From NCBI RefSeq assembly GCF_009914755.1, contig NC_060933.1: 64,000 bases of DNA, one strand, 5' to 3'. A program made the translations under genes and the position numbers. Shown piece by piece: positions 34,216 to 54,949 of this stretch. How positions within the stretch are numbered: position 1 is the first letter of the stretch; each line of letters begins with the position of its first letter. The stretch comes from the human T2T-CHM13v2.0 reference genome, Homo sapiens. The notes beneath the pieces are model-generated. The model was not told where the DNA came from, did not search any database, and saw nothing but the letters and a program-made list of their open reading frames with translations.

Positions 34216-34450
34216 TCAAAAAAGAAAAAAAAAAAGAATTTAGGGATGCATCCAGATTTAGAATAATTACAAAGAAAGCAAGAAAATTATTGTTAGAAAA
34301 GTTAGGATAGTGGGTAAGGAAGACTTTGTGATCCCATTTCATGACCTAAATAATGGTTTACAAGGGTAATTATTCATTCAACTACACATTCAAATAGGAT
34401 GCCTTTTTCACTATGTATAGATTAGATTTTACCATTTTAAAATTTTTTAA

Positions 34451-34813
<363 letters not shown>

Positions 34814-35394
34814 TGATCTGCCTGCCTTGGCCTCCCGAAGTGCTGGGATTACAGGCGTGAGCCACCCCACCTGGCTTATTTTTTTTTTTTTTTTGAGACA
34901 ACGTCTTACTACGTTCTCCACACTGACCTCCAACTCCTGGCCTCAGACGATCCTCCTGCCTTGATCTCCCCGAGTCACTGGGATTATAGGCGTGAGCCAC
35001 CACACTGGGCTCCCCTGATTACTGATGCTGTAAGCATGTGCTTCTTTGGTCTGTCTGATAAATAATCCAGTGCTAGATGCTGGCATTTTTCCAAGCACTA
35101 GAGAAACAGCAGCAAACCAGCCACATGAGATCCTCACCCTCAGGGAACTGACAGTCTGATTTAAACCTAAATGCTGTCATAATCCATAAATACCACCTGT
35201 TGTATGGGACTGGTCTAAGAATTAAATGCCTGCCCTAATGTCTGGAACCCAGCAACTGTTCAACAAACGTTAGTTCCATTCCACAGTCCACGAAGGAATG
35301 GCAGATTTTATGTTTCTAGTTCCAGGACGGAAAAAACTGCGTATTTCTATGTATATCAAATTGCATTCTTCATTCCACTCACAGCTTTTGTCAG

Positions 35395-35610
35395 TCCAGG
35401 ATAAAAATGAAAACTGAAAACAGAAATCAGTAAACTAGAGCTCAAATCCAGCCCAGCTCTTGTTTATGTAAATAAAGTTTTATTGGAACACATGGACATC
35501 AACCCATTTAAATGTCATCAAGGGCTACTTTCATGGTACAGTGGCAGAGGTGAATAATTACAAGAGATGGTCTGACCCTTTACCAAAAAAGTTTGCCAAT
35601 GCCTAATTTA
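35395..35610. mobile_element. MER58-like hAT fragment
   Basis: aataaagttttattggaacaca...ccctttaccaaaaaagtttgcca. Confidence 0.6.
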
Positions 35611-35836
35611 GAGTTCTCTCACTTCCCAAGACACACAGTATTCATTTATTTGATGTCAGTTGTTAAGCACATACTTTTACTACTACTTACTGCATTACAT
35701 AAATGGACAACTAAATGATATACAGTCTTTATTAAAGTTTCTTGGCCAGGCACAGTGGCTCACACCTGTAATCCGAGCACTTTGGGAGGCTAAGGTGGGT
35801 GGATCACTTGAGGTCAGGAGTTCGAGACCAGCCTCA

Positions 35837-36112
<276 letters not shown>

Positions 36113-36173
36113 CTAAAATCAATGTGTATTTTCACATCTTCTATCACAGTCATACATACTTTTCATTACTTAC

Positions 36174-36260
36174 CTTTACAGGAATTTTCTTATCAAAATC
36201 AGGGAAGTGAATGATTTTGTTTAGCTTGGACACATATAGTATCATTATGGTGGCTGCCAT
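36174..36260 (-). CDS. SLC35D2: SLC35D2 exon 3, 87 nt (MAATIMILYVSKLNKIIHFPDFDKKIPVK)
   Basis: ttttcttcag|ATG...AAG|gtaagt; phase 0 to 0. Confidence 0.96.
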
Positions 36261-36899
36261 CTGAAGAAAAGGGGAGAGAGAAACTTCAGCAAAATATCTG
36301 CAAAGATTGCTTGAGGTACAATGACATCATCAAAAGAAAACACATTCATCAAAAAGAAATATAGCAAAAAATTCATTTTCTAGGTTCCAGAAAAAAATAA
36401 CTATTTCTTAGAATATTAACATTGTTTTCCTTGCCACAGTACAGATTCCATCAGAACTCCAGGCAAAAAACGTAACGTCGGGCAGGGCACGGTGGCTCAC
36501 AGCTATAATCACAGCACTTTGGGAGGCCAAGATGGGTGGATTACTTGAGGTCAGGAGCTCAAGACCAGCCAGGCCAACATGGTGAAATCCTGTCTTTACT
36601 AAAAAACAAAAATTAGCTGGGCATGGTGGCAGACGCAGAATCCCAGCTACTCAGGAGGCTGAGGCAGGAGAATCGCTTGAACCTGAGAGGCCAAGGTTGC
36701 AGTGAGCCAAGATCACACCACTGCCCTCCAGAGTGAGACACCACTGTCTCAAAAAAAAAAAAAAAAAAAAAAGGTAATATCAGCTGGGTGCCGTGGCTCA
36801 TGCCTGTAATCCCAGCATTTTGGGAAGCTGAGGTGGGAAGATCACTTGAGCCTAGGAGCTCCAGACCAGCCTAAGCAACATGGTGAAAACCCATCTCTA

Positions 36900-37061
<162 letters not shown>

Positions 37062-37866
37062 CTATCTCAAAAAAAAAAAAAAGTGTAATATCCAATAGAC
37101 ACACACACACATTATCTCACGGGGCTCTAGGAATGAACTGTGGCAGAGGGAGAAAGGGAATGGTCTCCCTGACAGTGACAAATGTGCAAAAGTGATCACA
37201 GCCAGTGAGATGACACAATGATCCTGGACCATATTTCCCATATACTAAGCATATGGCATCCTCCCCCATAAAGGCACGGGAACATTCTTTTAAAAGAAAC
37301 TCCACACCTAAGCACATTTTTTAAAAAGTCCATTATTTCCATAAAACAGAAGACCAACAAAGAGGAAAAAAAGTTCTTTAAACTTTACTTTTAAAGATTT
37401 ACTTTTCAATCTAGCTGGTATAGCAAAAATGTCTCCTTCAAATCCTCTTAATCTGGAGTACCCTAGGTATACTGGAAATACTCCATATCATTATTATGAA
37501 ATAAAAATTTAATGTCATCTTTCATGCAAGTTTTAGAACTTACTCAATTCTCTCCATTTTAGGATGTGAAAATTTAAGACTCCTTCAACACGATTATAAT
37601 CCTATACCTTGCTCCTGAGTTTACAAACTTAAAACTTATAATATATTTATGTAATTAAGCCCATCCTGAATTATAACTGTACTTTGTACTTACGCCTCAC
37701 ATTATAATTCTTAAAGAAATACAATAACATTGGCCAGGCGCAGTGGCTCACGCCCATAATCCCAACACTTTGGAGGCCAAGGTGGGCAGATCGCTTGAGC
37801 CCAGAAGTTCAAGACCAGCCTGGGCATCATGGCGAAACCCTATCTCTACAAAAAATACAAAAATTA

Positions 37867-38091
<225 letters not shown>

Positions 38092-38348
38092 TTAAAATTA
38101 GATCTAACTGGCCTCTTCCCTCAACAAATTGCAAATCAGAAAGGCTTTACCTTTGAGTATAAGCCACTGGGTTAAAGAGTAATGAATTTATTTCACTTAG
38201 AGACTACAAAGGACACCTTATCACTGATTTTTTTTTTTTTTTTTTTTTTTGAGACGGAGTCTTGCTTGTCACCCAGGCTAGAGAGCAGTGGTGCAATCTC
38301 GGCTCACTGCAACCTCTGCCTCCCAGTGAATGTTCAAGCAATTTCTGA

Positions 38349-38573
<225 letters not shown>

Positions 38574-38667
38574 TGATTGTTTCTCCCTAAAATGATGTTG
38601 CAAAGAGGTATTTATTAGCAAGACATTTAATCAGAATGATGTTTATTTGGCCAGGCACAGTGGCTCA

Positions 38668-38925
<258 letters not shown>

Positions 38926-39981
38926 TCACAAAAAAAAAAAAAAAAAAAAGAATAATGTTTACTCACATAAACGACAGGCTTTTCCAGATTCACAATTAAA
39001 AATTTAGTTAACAGGTACTATTTTCATAATGTTAAGCTTTTCCCTCTATGAATTAAATCAAAATCAAAACAAACAAACAAAAAACATTGGTATCTGTTAC
39101 TATTTATTTATCTGGAAATCACCAGTATACAACCACAAGAATAAACAAGCCACAAATTAACATAAATGGGAAATTTCAGAAACTGCCAAATGGGCGTAGT
39201 TTGAAAGCTTACCCAAGCTCATCCTTGTACTTGTAATCCCAGCACTTTGGGAGGCCAAGGTGGGTGCGGATCGCCTGAGGTCAGGAGTTCGAGACCAGCC
39301 TAGCTAACATGGCGAAACCCCGTCTCTACTAAAAATACAAAAATAGCTGGCCATGGTGGCAGGTGCCTGTAATCCTAGCTACTTGGGAGGCTGAGCTGGA
39401 AGAATTTCTTGAACCTGGGAGGCACAGGTGGCAGTGAGTCGACATTGTGCCATCGCACTCCAGTCTGGGCGACAAGAACAAAACTCCGTCTCAAAAAAAA
39501 AAAAAAATTCAAACTCTCTCTTGAAAACCTTCTGATGCTAATAATAAGGGCAGCATGGTGGGTCCCACCCCATCTCTCAACTCTTTTCCTGTCAGGCACA
39601 ATGGCTTAAACTAAGTATCAAGCTGACACTTTGAGTGGGACAAGTATTCTCTCTCCCACCCAGTCCTCAGCCAACTCATGTGTTACCCTCCAGGCCTTGG
39701 AGGCTTTGAGTCTTGCAGCCCCCTGCTTTAGAGTAATTAAATTCAGTTAAGGAACTTAAAATAAGAAGCTGTTTTTCCCATAAATACAATTGTTCCTAAA
39801 TTGTAGACTGAAATAAAATAAGTGTCAATATGTCCTGTTGTCTCACCAGGAGTACCATGACCCTCTGGTCCTCTGCCAGCTGAATAAATTTGCAAACCAC
39901 AGCTTTAAACAAAAGGACTTAAAATGTCATTATGAATACTGATAACAAAATAAGAGGTTAATTCTATTTTTTTTCACTCAC

Positions 39982-40015
39982 CTGTCCAATTCCAAGGAAA
40001 ATTGGTGACGGGAAA
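39982..40015 (-). CDS. SLC35D2: SLC35D2 exon 2, 34 nt ((G)FPSPIFLGIGQ)
   Basis: tgtag|TTTCCC...GGACAG|gtgagt; continues the exon 1 frame, phase 2 to 0. Confidence 0.95.
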
Positions 40016-40304
40016 CTACAAAGGACACAGAACAACAAATCAGTTGAGCAAATATAAAACTCTGAAGATAGTACATAATAAATAATGACAAGTTATTAAA
40101 CAATCTGAGAAAATGAAAATTTATCAAATTGTTCACTTTTCATTTAATTCTTTTTTTTTTTTCTTTTTAAGACAGTGTCTTGCTCTGTTGCCCAGGCTGG
40201 AATGCAGTGGTGTAAACATGGCTCACTGGAGTCTCAACCTTCTGGGCTCAGAAGATGCTCCCACCTCAGCTTCCTGCCACCCAGGCTGGAGTGCAGTGGT
40301 GTGA

Positions 40305-40790
<486 letters not shown>

Positions 40791-40899
40791 TAATTTGCTT
40801 CAAAATACTCTGGGGGGAGATGGTGGAGTGAGTGGGAGATGGACACAAATGCAGCAAGGTTGTGGACACTGGGTAATGAATCGCTACATAGTGATTCAT

Positions 40900-41460
40900 T
40901 ATACTAGTTTTAAAAGATAATAACCCAGGAACAAATCTAATCAAAGATTTGCAAGAAAGGCATCTGTATAAAAAATTATATATCAATATTCTCAAAATTA
41001 AAGATCTAAATAAAGGTCATGGGTTGGAAACTTGCTATTGTAGTGAGGTCCATTATCCCCGAACTTATTTATAGAATCAGTGCGATCTCAGCAGAAATAT
41101 CAGCAGATATTTTGTGGAAACTGGCAATCTGATCCTAAAGCTGAATGAAAAGAAAGGCAAAGGGCACCAACATATCACCCAAGACAATCCTGAAGATAAA
41201 CAAAGTCAGAGGAATGACTCTAATGGATGTCAGGATTCATGTTCAAATTACAATAAATGAGATTGTGTGGTATTTGCACAAAGATAATCCAATGGGACAA
41301 TGGAAAAGAACAGAGGTCAAGACAGGGACACACATATATGGATGCCTGATTTATGACATAGATGATGCTGCAGAGCAGTGGAGAAAAGACGATCTTTCAG
41401 CAAACGGCACTGGGTGATTTGGATGCAGACTTCTGACCCCTACCTCACATCATATTTTAA
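40900..41460 (+). mobile_element. Old L1 ORF2 fragment
   Basis: ORF 41145..41417 (KTILKINKVRGMTL...IVWYLHKD...QWKRTE...IYGCLIYD) resembles L1 ORF2 (TAWYWYQNR...QWNRTE...YNYLIFD). Confidence 0.75.
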
Positions 41461-42089
41461 CAAGGCAGGACCGCACCTGCACTGGCTCAACCCTTCACTG
41501 GCTCCCAGTCATTTCTCAGGCTACTCACAAAGCTGGAATACCCCACAAAACTCAGCCCTCAATCTGTATGTCAGAAGGGAAACACACCTGTCTCAGACAG
41601 TCTAAGAAGAGAATAAAGAATAAACCTAACTTATCAGAGAAAACAGAATGAATGGCTGGACAGTACCACCATGCAAATAAAATTAACTCTACTGAGTGCT
41701 GGGTCATGCCACCCATACCCTCTTCCACACAGAAGCAACCATTCCCCAGCTGGGTCCTCTGCTGCAGAAAGCTGCCGGATAATAGCATGTCCACTCCCTG
41801 AGCATGGCCTGCATTTTAACTGTTGGTCTCTGCAGGGGTATAACGGCTACACCCCTGCCCCAATTCAGGACAGCTCTGCAGAGCCAGTACAACTCAAGGC
41901 CCCTGGGATGAGGCCTTTGCTGTGACTGCCTCAGAGCCCAACTTCTCCCTCTGCCTAATTCTGCCTCCTGGCATCACTTCCTAACATATTTCCTACGCCT
42001 CTGAGAATACAACCTGTAACATGAAGCAAAATCACAAGGCAACAATATAAACAAACAGTAAAACAACAACAAAAAGGGTCACCCGGCTA

Positions 42090-42389
<300 letters not shown>

Positions 42390-42885
42390 TTAAAAAATAG
42401 TAAAATAACAACAAAAAGGCTCACAGAAGATAAGTCAAAGAGCCCAGCCTAGAAGAAAATTTAATGCATGGAAGAGAAGGAAGTCTTGCTAATTGCTTCA
42501 GGCCATAGAACACCTCAGAAAGAATAAAACCAATAAAACAAAAGCTCAAAATTGAGTTGATATGACAGTCAAAGGAGATTAAAAGAAAGCATGCAGACCT
42601 AAGGAAACCAGCTAAGACCAAACAACCTAACTGCCACATAAGGAAATACCTTTAGAAACACCCAGGAGCTACATGGCGACTGCTGAAAATGGAATGACCA
42701 ACACCTGAGGTGATCATAGTGCATGCAGAGGAAAACAACTTTAAAAGATAAATTGATCTGGAAGACAGAAAACCACCACTATACAGGGCTAGTTAGTAGG
42801 CCTGGAATTTAGAAGACTATATTCCATAACTTTATATTGAATTCCATTCTATAATTTAAGTTAAACCACCAGAGTTATTAAACTA

Positions 42886-43026
<141 letters not shown>

Positions 43027-43183
43027 TTAGCCAGGCGTGGTGGCACACACTGGTAATCCCAGCTACTTGGGAGCCTGATACAGGAGAATCACTTGAATTG
43101 TACCTGGGAGGCAGAGGTTGCAGTGAGCTGAGATCACGCCACTGCACTCTATCTAGCCTGGGTGACAGAGCGAGACTCTGTCT

Positions 43184-43228
<45 letters not shown>

Positions 43229-43377
43229 AAACACTGGATCTAAAAGAAACTCAATAACTTTAGCTTTTTAATATTTTTCATTGATCTTAGACCTCTTATA
43301 TTTAGAGGGATCTTTTAACACTTTTAAGACATATTAATCCTTGTAGTAAAGAAATATATATCTTTGAAAGTCAATAA

Positions 43378-43745
<368 letters not shown>

Positions 43746-44176
43746 TGGTTAAAACTAAATTTCATACATGCATGCTATGGCAATACCCATCTAAATAACT
43801 CTTCAAGTGCAGCCAGCATGACCCGAGCTGTGGCCACTCCTGATACAGTGTAAGACGACGTTCCCAGGGTAGCTATCAAGTATTCTTGCCAAAAATGTTT
43901 AAACCAAATGAAATAAAGTCTTTAGATCTAACTTTCAGTTAGAAAATGAGAAAGATAAGTTAATTGAGACTTCAAAAGATGAACTGAACAATCCAAAATA
44001 TGGGACATTTTACAAAACAACTGGTCCAGGCTTTTCAAAAAGTCAATATTACGGGGAGGGAGTGGGATAGGGAACTTTTCTACATTAAAAGAAACTAAAA
44101 AGACAAAACTGTATGTATTGCATGAGCCTTGATTGGATCATAAAACCATAAAAAACATCTTTGGGACAACTGGGAT

Positions 44177-45570
<1,394 letters not shown>

Positions 45571-45969
45571 ATGATTATAGATTTGGTAGTAGATTATTTT
45601 AGGAAGTTGTTGTTAAGTTTGTTAAAAGTCAAATGATACAATGTAGGAGAATATCCTAAGATCTCAGCAGAGGCAAGCTGAAGTATTTCAGAGTGCAGTG
45701 CTGTGATGCTTGCAACTTACTTTCAAAGGCTGGAGGGGAATCCCAGTACTGTGTGTGCCCTGTTCACTCCTCCTTTGCTTTCCCGTTTTCAGTATGCTTG
45801 AAACTTTTCAAAATAAAAAGTTTGGGAGAGGAGGAATCTAAGTAATCCTCATAAAATTAAATAATTAAATCAAAGGCCCCATTTCCAACTCCTTTTTGGA
45901 TTAAAGAAAATAATTTATAAATGAATAGCTTCTATAATATGAATCCATCTTTATAAAAAGTAATTCATT

Positions 45970-48630
<2,661 letters not shown>

Positions 48631-48916
48631 ATGGGGTCAACAATTTGAAAGTAAACCAGCCAGCCAGATGTGGTTTTCGGCTCACAACACTCAAGAGCTG
48701 CTCAAGTGCTGAAAGAAGCAAGCAGAAGACAAGTGCATGCCAAAGTGAGAAGAAAAGAGTCTCACGTGTCCCTCCTAGAGTGGCTCTCAGCGGACCAAGC
48801 AGAGAAACAATGCCAGGAGGCACAGTCACAGCAGCGAGAAGGGACTGAGGAGGAGGCCTGGGGAAGCCAAGTGTGGACAGCCTGCAGGGGAGATCTCGGA
48901 GAGGTGCAGTTACTCG

Positions 48917-49367
48917 TGTTACCGCTGATCATCCGAAACGGGCCACTCTTGTCATACCAAACTAAAACAGTAACCAGGTAGGAAAAGCATTCGGGTACAA
49001 AATATGGCTCCAAGAATATAATTCTCTGCAAGCCCAACTGCTGGAACTGCTTGTTGTAACCTGAAACCAGTTTTATCTCTAGCTTCTGAGACCACTTGCT
49101 GCAACTCCAGGACTAATTTTGTCCACCACCTTTGCTCACCAGTCATTGTTTGCCAGCTCCCCAAACCCTGACAGTGCCAATAAACTTTCTCCCAGCACAG
49201 TATGTAACATTTCTTCTTTTTCAGCAAAACCTCGAACCTTCTCTTTGTTCTTCAGACATTCCAAAGATCACCCAGATTGTATGTATGACTCACATGGCAA
49301 TTCTTTCTTCCCAAATAAAACATTAAATTTACAGCCTTGTCTCCACATTGTTATTTTGACTTTGACA
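48917..49367 (+). mobile_element. ERV1 solo LTR (MER39-like; subfamily uncertain)
   Basis: TGTTACC...TTTGACA termini, internal AATAAA, 4-bp TSD CTCG/CTTG (one CpG transition). Confidence 0.65.
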
Positions 49368-52300
49368 CTTGTAAGGAGAGGATCCTGGCAGCAGTCATGG
49401 GAAGCAAGGTTCAGGAGAGTTTGCTGGAGACCAGAGTAGACTGTGACACTTCAGTGTGTGGGCCCTGAAGCCACAGGAAGGGTGACCTGAGCTAGGTGGA
49501 GAGGAAGGCTAAGACTTAGATAATCAGTCACCAGAAGCTCAGGCAGCATTCCACAGGAGACAGAAAGGATGGCACATCCAGAGTCTCAACAGAGCATGAG
49601 CAGCTGGGAGCTAGGAGGACCCAATCCCATCTCCTGGCCTAGGCCTGGTGGGTAAGGCAAAGATCCAGCTCCATCAAGGGGGGTGAAGGAAGCAACATCT
49701 TCGGGACAGAGTCAGGTTTTCATTAAAGTAAGAGCACATTAGGAGTTGCTTTTGGTTTGGGATACAGAATTCCAGTTCCCACCACTGAGGATTCCAATTC
49801 AGTACCTTTTATTAAAAAAAACCTCTCCAAGTGATTAAGACTACTGGGCAGGTTTGGAAATTACTGTGTCTAAACCAGGCACAATGGCTCATGCCTGTAA
49901 TCCCAGCACTTTAGGAGGCCAAGCCAGGTGGACCACTTGAGCCCAAGAGTTCGAGACCAGCCTGAGCAACATACTGAGACTCCATCTCTAAAAAAAAAAA
50001 AAAAACAGCTGGGCACGATGGTGTGCACCTGCAGTCCCAGCTACTCAGGAGGCTGACTTTGGAGGATTGTCTGAGCCAGCAGAGGTTCCAGTGAGCCGAG
50101 ATTGCATCACTGCACTCCAGCCTGGGTGACAGAGTAAGACCCTGTCTCAAAAAACAAAACAAAACAAACAAAAAAAAACCTCAAAGCCTTTGGATGCATA
50201 CTAAACATATATAGTAAATAGTGAGCAAATATTTGTTGAAATGAATACAGTAAAGTTAGATATTTTTATTAAGCATCATTAGCAAATTCTTCCATGTCAC
50301 AGACTAGGAGTATAATATTATATAATGTTAAAGCAGAAAAGACCAGCTTGGTGTGGTAGCTCACGCTAGTAATCTCAGCACTTTGGGAGGCTGAGGCAGG
50401 AGGATCACTTGACTCAGTCATTTGAGATCAACCTGGGCAATAGAGCAAAACCTCGTCTCTACAAAAATTAAAAATTAAAAAAAAAAATTTAATTCAAAAA
50501 TGACCCAGGAGTGGTGGTGCACACCTGTAGTCTCAGCTACTCAGGAGGCTGAGGTGAGAGGATCACCTGAGCCCAGGAGGTAGAGGCTGCTGTGAGCCTT
50601 GATCATGCCACCGCGCTCCAGCCTGGGCAACAGAACAAGACCCAGTCTCAAAAGAAAGAAGAGAAAAAACTGCACAACTCCAGAACAACTGTACAACACT
50701 TATGAACTTGATCCCAAAGGACCAAGAGTATAACCAAGCCAGGCGCGGGGGCTCACACCTGTAATCCCAGCCCTTCAAGGGGCCAAGGCGGATGGATTGC
50801 TTGAGCCCAGGAGTTCAAGACCAGCCCGGGCAACATAGCAAGAACCCCTCTCTACAGAAAAAAAAAAAAATGCAAAAATTAGCCGGGTGTGGTGGTACAC
50901 TCCTATAGTCTCAGCTACTCAGGAGGCTGAGGTGGGAAGATCACTTGAGCCCAGGAGGTAGAGGCTGAAGTGAGCTGTGATGGTGCCACTGCACTTCAGC
51001 CTGGGTGACAGAGTGAGACCCTGTCTCAAAAAAAAAAAAAAATAAGACATAACCAACTGGCCACAAACTCTGAAATGCCCTTATTTTCCCCTCTCGCCCC
51101 AATAGGTTCTCACAGTTCACAGCCTTCAAAGGCCTCTCTGTCCAACCAGGTAAATCTGGCATTACAATGAATTATAAAACTAACAAATCACTAAGATCAC
51201 CCATTCATTTGGTACCCTGACCAGAAACAATCTGCCCAAAATGAAAGAGGAAAAAGTATCCCCTGAGCTACATTCCCATGACCCTGCGAATTAGGTAACT
51301 ACCAAAAGGTCCTTTCTTCTATCCTACAACACAACATTCTATCCTCAGACAACTCATGCTTGGATCCGATTTCTATGGTTTATTGTTGTAACCACATCAA
51401 CCCACTCCTCCTCCCCTCAATAATGTGAGCTTAAAGCATTTTGAGAGGAAAGAATGAACAATGTTATGTGAACAGGGTTCTCCAACTGTATATTACATTA
51501 CAGAAATGTGGAATGTTTATTTAAAAGGATTATGAGGGTTTTGGCCTTCCTATGGCAAGAACTCCATTTTCTCCTTCAATCATGAAACTCAATAAGTTAA
51601 AGATAGAAAGGCTAGAGCCTTTTTTTTTTTTTTTTTGAGACAGAGTCTCACTCTGTCACCCAGGCTGGAGTGCGATGGCGTGGTCTCAGCTCACCACAAC
51701 CTCCGCCTCCCAGGTTCAAGTGATTCTCTGCCCCAGCCTCCTGAGTAGCTGGTATTGCAGGCACCTGCCACCACACCCAGCTAATATTTGTATTTTTAGT
51801 AGAGATGGGGTTTCACCATGTTGGTCAGGCTGGTCTCAAACTCCTGACCTCAGGTGATCCGCCCACCTCAGCCTCCCAGAGTGCTGGGAGTATAGGCGTG
51901 AGCCACCGCGCCCGGCCCTTAGAGCCTTTCTTAGGAGGTGTCTTATATCATAAGTCTTCCTGGTTAAACACTGCCCTTCATCTTCAAAGCACTGACCATG
52001 GTTTGCTGGTGCCTGCTTCCAATAAGAGGACTTGGGTTTTGGAGGTGTTGACTGCCATGGTCAGTCAGCACCCTGCTCACTCAGGTGCACAAAATGAAGA
52101 CTTATCTTCAACCATCATTGACATAATGACTGGCCACTCCCAAACAAGCCCATCAATAGCATTTTCATTTTCTGGTATTTTTTCTTTTTTTTTTTTGAGA
52201 CTGAGTCTCACTCTATCGCCCAGGCTGGAGTGCAGTGGTGTGATCTCAGCTCACTGCAACCACTGCCTCCTGAGTTCAAGTGATTCTCCTGACTCAGCCT

Positions 52301-52699
52301 CCCAAGTAGCTGGGATTATAGGCGTGCACCACCATGCCCAGCTAGTTTTTTTTTGTTTGTTTTTTTTGTATTTTTAGTAGAGACAGGGTTTCACCATGCT
52401 GGCCAGGCTGGTCTCGAAATCCTGACCTCATGATCTGCCCACCTCAGGCTCCCGAAGTGCTGGGATTACAGGTGTGAGCCACCGCGCCCGGCCTTTTTTT
52501 TTTATCCTAAGTGTTTAAGTTTTCTTTTTCCTTCATTAGCTTCCATGTCAAATGCTCCAGGTTTAGGTACAGTATGTCCATGTTCATTTCCTTGAGGCAG
52601 GGCTGTGTTTTCCATGGACACCAGGCAGCAGGCTGCAACACACTGGAGAGACCTTGCCAAGAATACTGACGGCCACAGGATCACCAAAAAATATCCCAA

Positions 52700-53860
52700 A
52701 TCCATCCCTTCCTTTTACCTCCGCTGCTATGCCCTGCCCAGTCCACGCCGTCTTTACCTGCAGCCCTGCAGTGGCTTCCAGCCCCTCTCCCTGATGCCAG
52801 TACTGTCAGTTCTCCACCCGCCTGCCAGCCAGAGAGATCTTTTTAATCACACAAATTGTGTCAGGTCACTCCCATGTCAAAACCTTCCAAGGGACTTCTA
52901 ATTGCATTTAGCATGAAACTACAACTATTTATCCAGTCTCATCCTTCCACCCTGGTCCCCAGATGTCGGCTCTCAACACAGCAGCCACAGTGATTTAGAT
53001 CATGTAATTCCCCTGCCTGACACCTTGCGTGGCTCCCATCTCATTCAGAGCTGATGCCAGAGCCCTGGCGGTGGCCTCCCAAGGCCCCACACAGGCCAGC
53101 AATCCATTACTCTCAGACCCCATCTGCTACCATTCCCATTCAAACTCTTCACTCCTCCAGGCCTGGAATGCTCTTCCCCCGTCCCCCAGTGTGGCTTATG
53201 TCCCCACCTCACTCTGGTCTTGGCTCCAATGCCACCTCCTTCTGAGGCTCCACTGATCACGCTCACACTGCATACTCTCCCCTCCCTCTCTCCCTCACTC
53301 CCTTTCCTGTTTTATTTTTTCCCCAGCACCTTGGTCACATCTGACATAATGTAAATGTTACTGGCTCATTTATTGGTCCACAAGGATGCAGCTCCGTGAA
53401 GTTAAGGATTCTGATCTGCTCTTTTCACTTCTCTTTCCCAAGAACGGTGGGAAAACACTGTTCTCCTCGAACAGTGCTGGTACATCACAAGTGCTTAGTG
53501 AAAGCTATCAAAAATGAGAGAAAGAGCTGACTCCTGCCTTCCCTGCCTACCTCCCCGCCCAGGCACAGTGATCTTCTCTCTGTTCCTCCAGCAGCCAAGC
53601 TCATGCCCACTTCAGCACATTGTACACTTGCTGCTCACTTCTACCTGGAATGCTCTGTGACAGCTACTCCAGCCCAGGCACTCTCACATCAGATCTGAAA
53701 GTGTCTCGTTTATTCATGAACCTACCTGTTTATTTTCTGTCTCCACCACTGAAGCAGAATCTCCAGAGCAGGGACCTTGTGCTGTTCACAGAGGCTTCCC
53801 TGGTGCTTGCAATGGGCTCAGTATTTAGTAGGTGCTTAATAAATATCTGTTGGAGGTACA
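52700..53860 (+). mobile_element. L2 fragments
   Basis: L2-typical motifs (gatcatgtaattcccctgcc, gcctggaatgctcttcccc, tagtaggtgcttaataaatatctgttg). Confidence 0.7.
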
Positions 53861-54184
53861 ACCAATCGAGCTTATGTGGGCCTCAGTTTTCTCGAATATA
53901 AAATAAGAAAGGTGAGGCTGGATGGGATAGTTTGCACCTGTAATCACAGCACTTTGGGAGGCCAAAGCAGGCCTAGACCAGCCTTGGAAACACACTGAGA
54001 CCCCACCTCTACAAAAAATCAAAAAAATTGCCGGTGCAGTGGTGCACACCTATGGTCCCAGCTTCTCTGGAGGCTGCAGCAGAAGGATTGCTTGAACCCA
54101 GATGGTCGAGGCTGCAGTGAGTCATGATTGTGTCACTACACTCCAGCCTAGGCAACAGAGTGAAACCTTGTCTCAAAAAAATAT

Positions 54185-54187
<3 letters not shown>

Positions 54188-54219
<32 letters not shown>

Positions 54220-54238
54220 TATATATATATATATATAT
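54188..54238. repeat. (AC)15(TA)10 compound microsatellite in an Alu tail
   Basis: Directly visible. Confidence 0.9.
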
Positions 54239-54949
54239 GCCTGCCTTGGCCTCCCAAATGCTGTGATTACAGGTGCAAACCACCTCAGCCAGCCTCAGCT
54301 TTCGTATTTTATATTCGAGAAAAGTGAGACCCACATAAGCTGAATCTGTATGTATATATAAAAAAAGAAAGCTGATACTCTAAGATACTCTCTAACTAAG
54401 ACACTCTAGGTCTCTTTGGGCTCTAAAATGTTGATGGCATATTCTTGTAACATAGTAGAGTTTACAAAGAGCCTTCACATATAACAGCTCGTGCAGAGCC
54501 CTGGAGGGTAATTAACACGATTGTAATCATTCAGGTTTTTTGCATCTGAAAAAAATTGCTGACTGTGAGACTGGTCCAAAAAGACAGGTGTTAACCGGTG
54601 GAGCTGGGTCTAAATCCACAATTTTCTCAGTGCCGCTACAATGGTAGCAGAATTAAGCAGGATTTTCTAGTCCTTACAAATAGGTTCAAGGCAGCACAAA
54701 TTTGCGTTTACTTCACACTAATCCAAAAAAGTACTCCATATGAACTTCCAATTGTTTTCCCGAGTTTTCCATGAACACGCTGGTCATCTGAGAATGAACA
54801 GTCAATCAATACAGACTTACTGGCTCAGGAGTACCTGACCGTTGAACATGGAGATCTGTGTAAGGAATTGCGTCCTTTGAAGCAGGCATTTGAATCCCTG
54901 TTTTCAGCTCGCTGGGTGTATGAAAGAATCTGTCTGAGCTCTACCAGCC

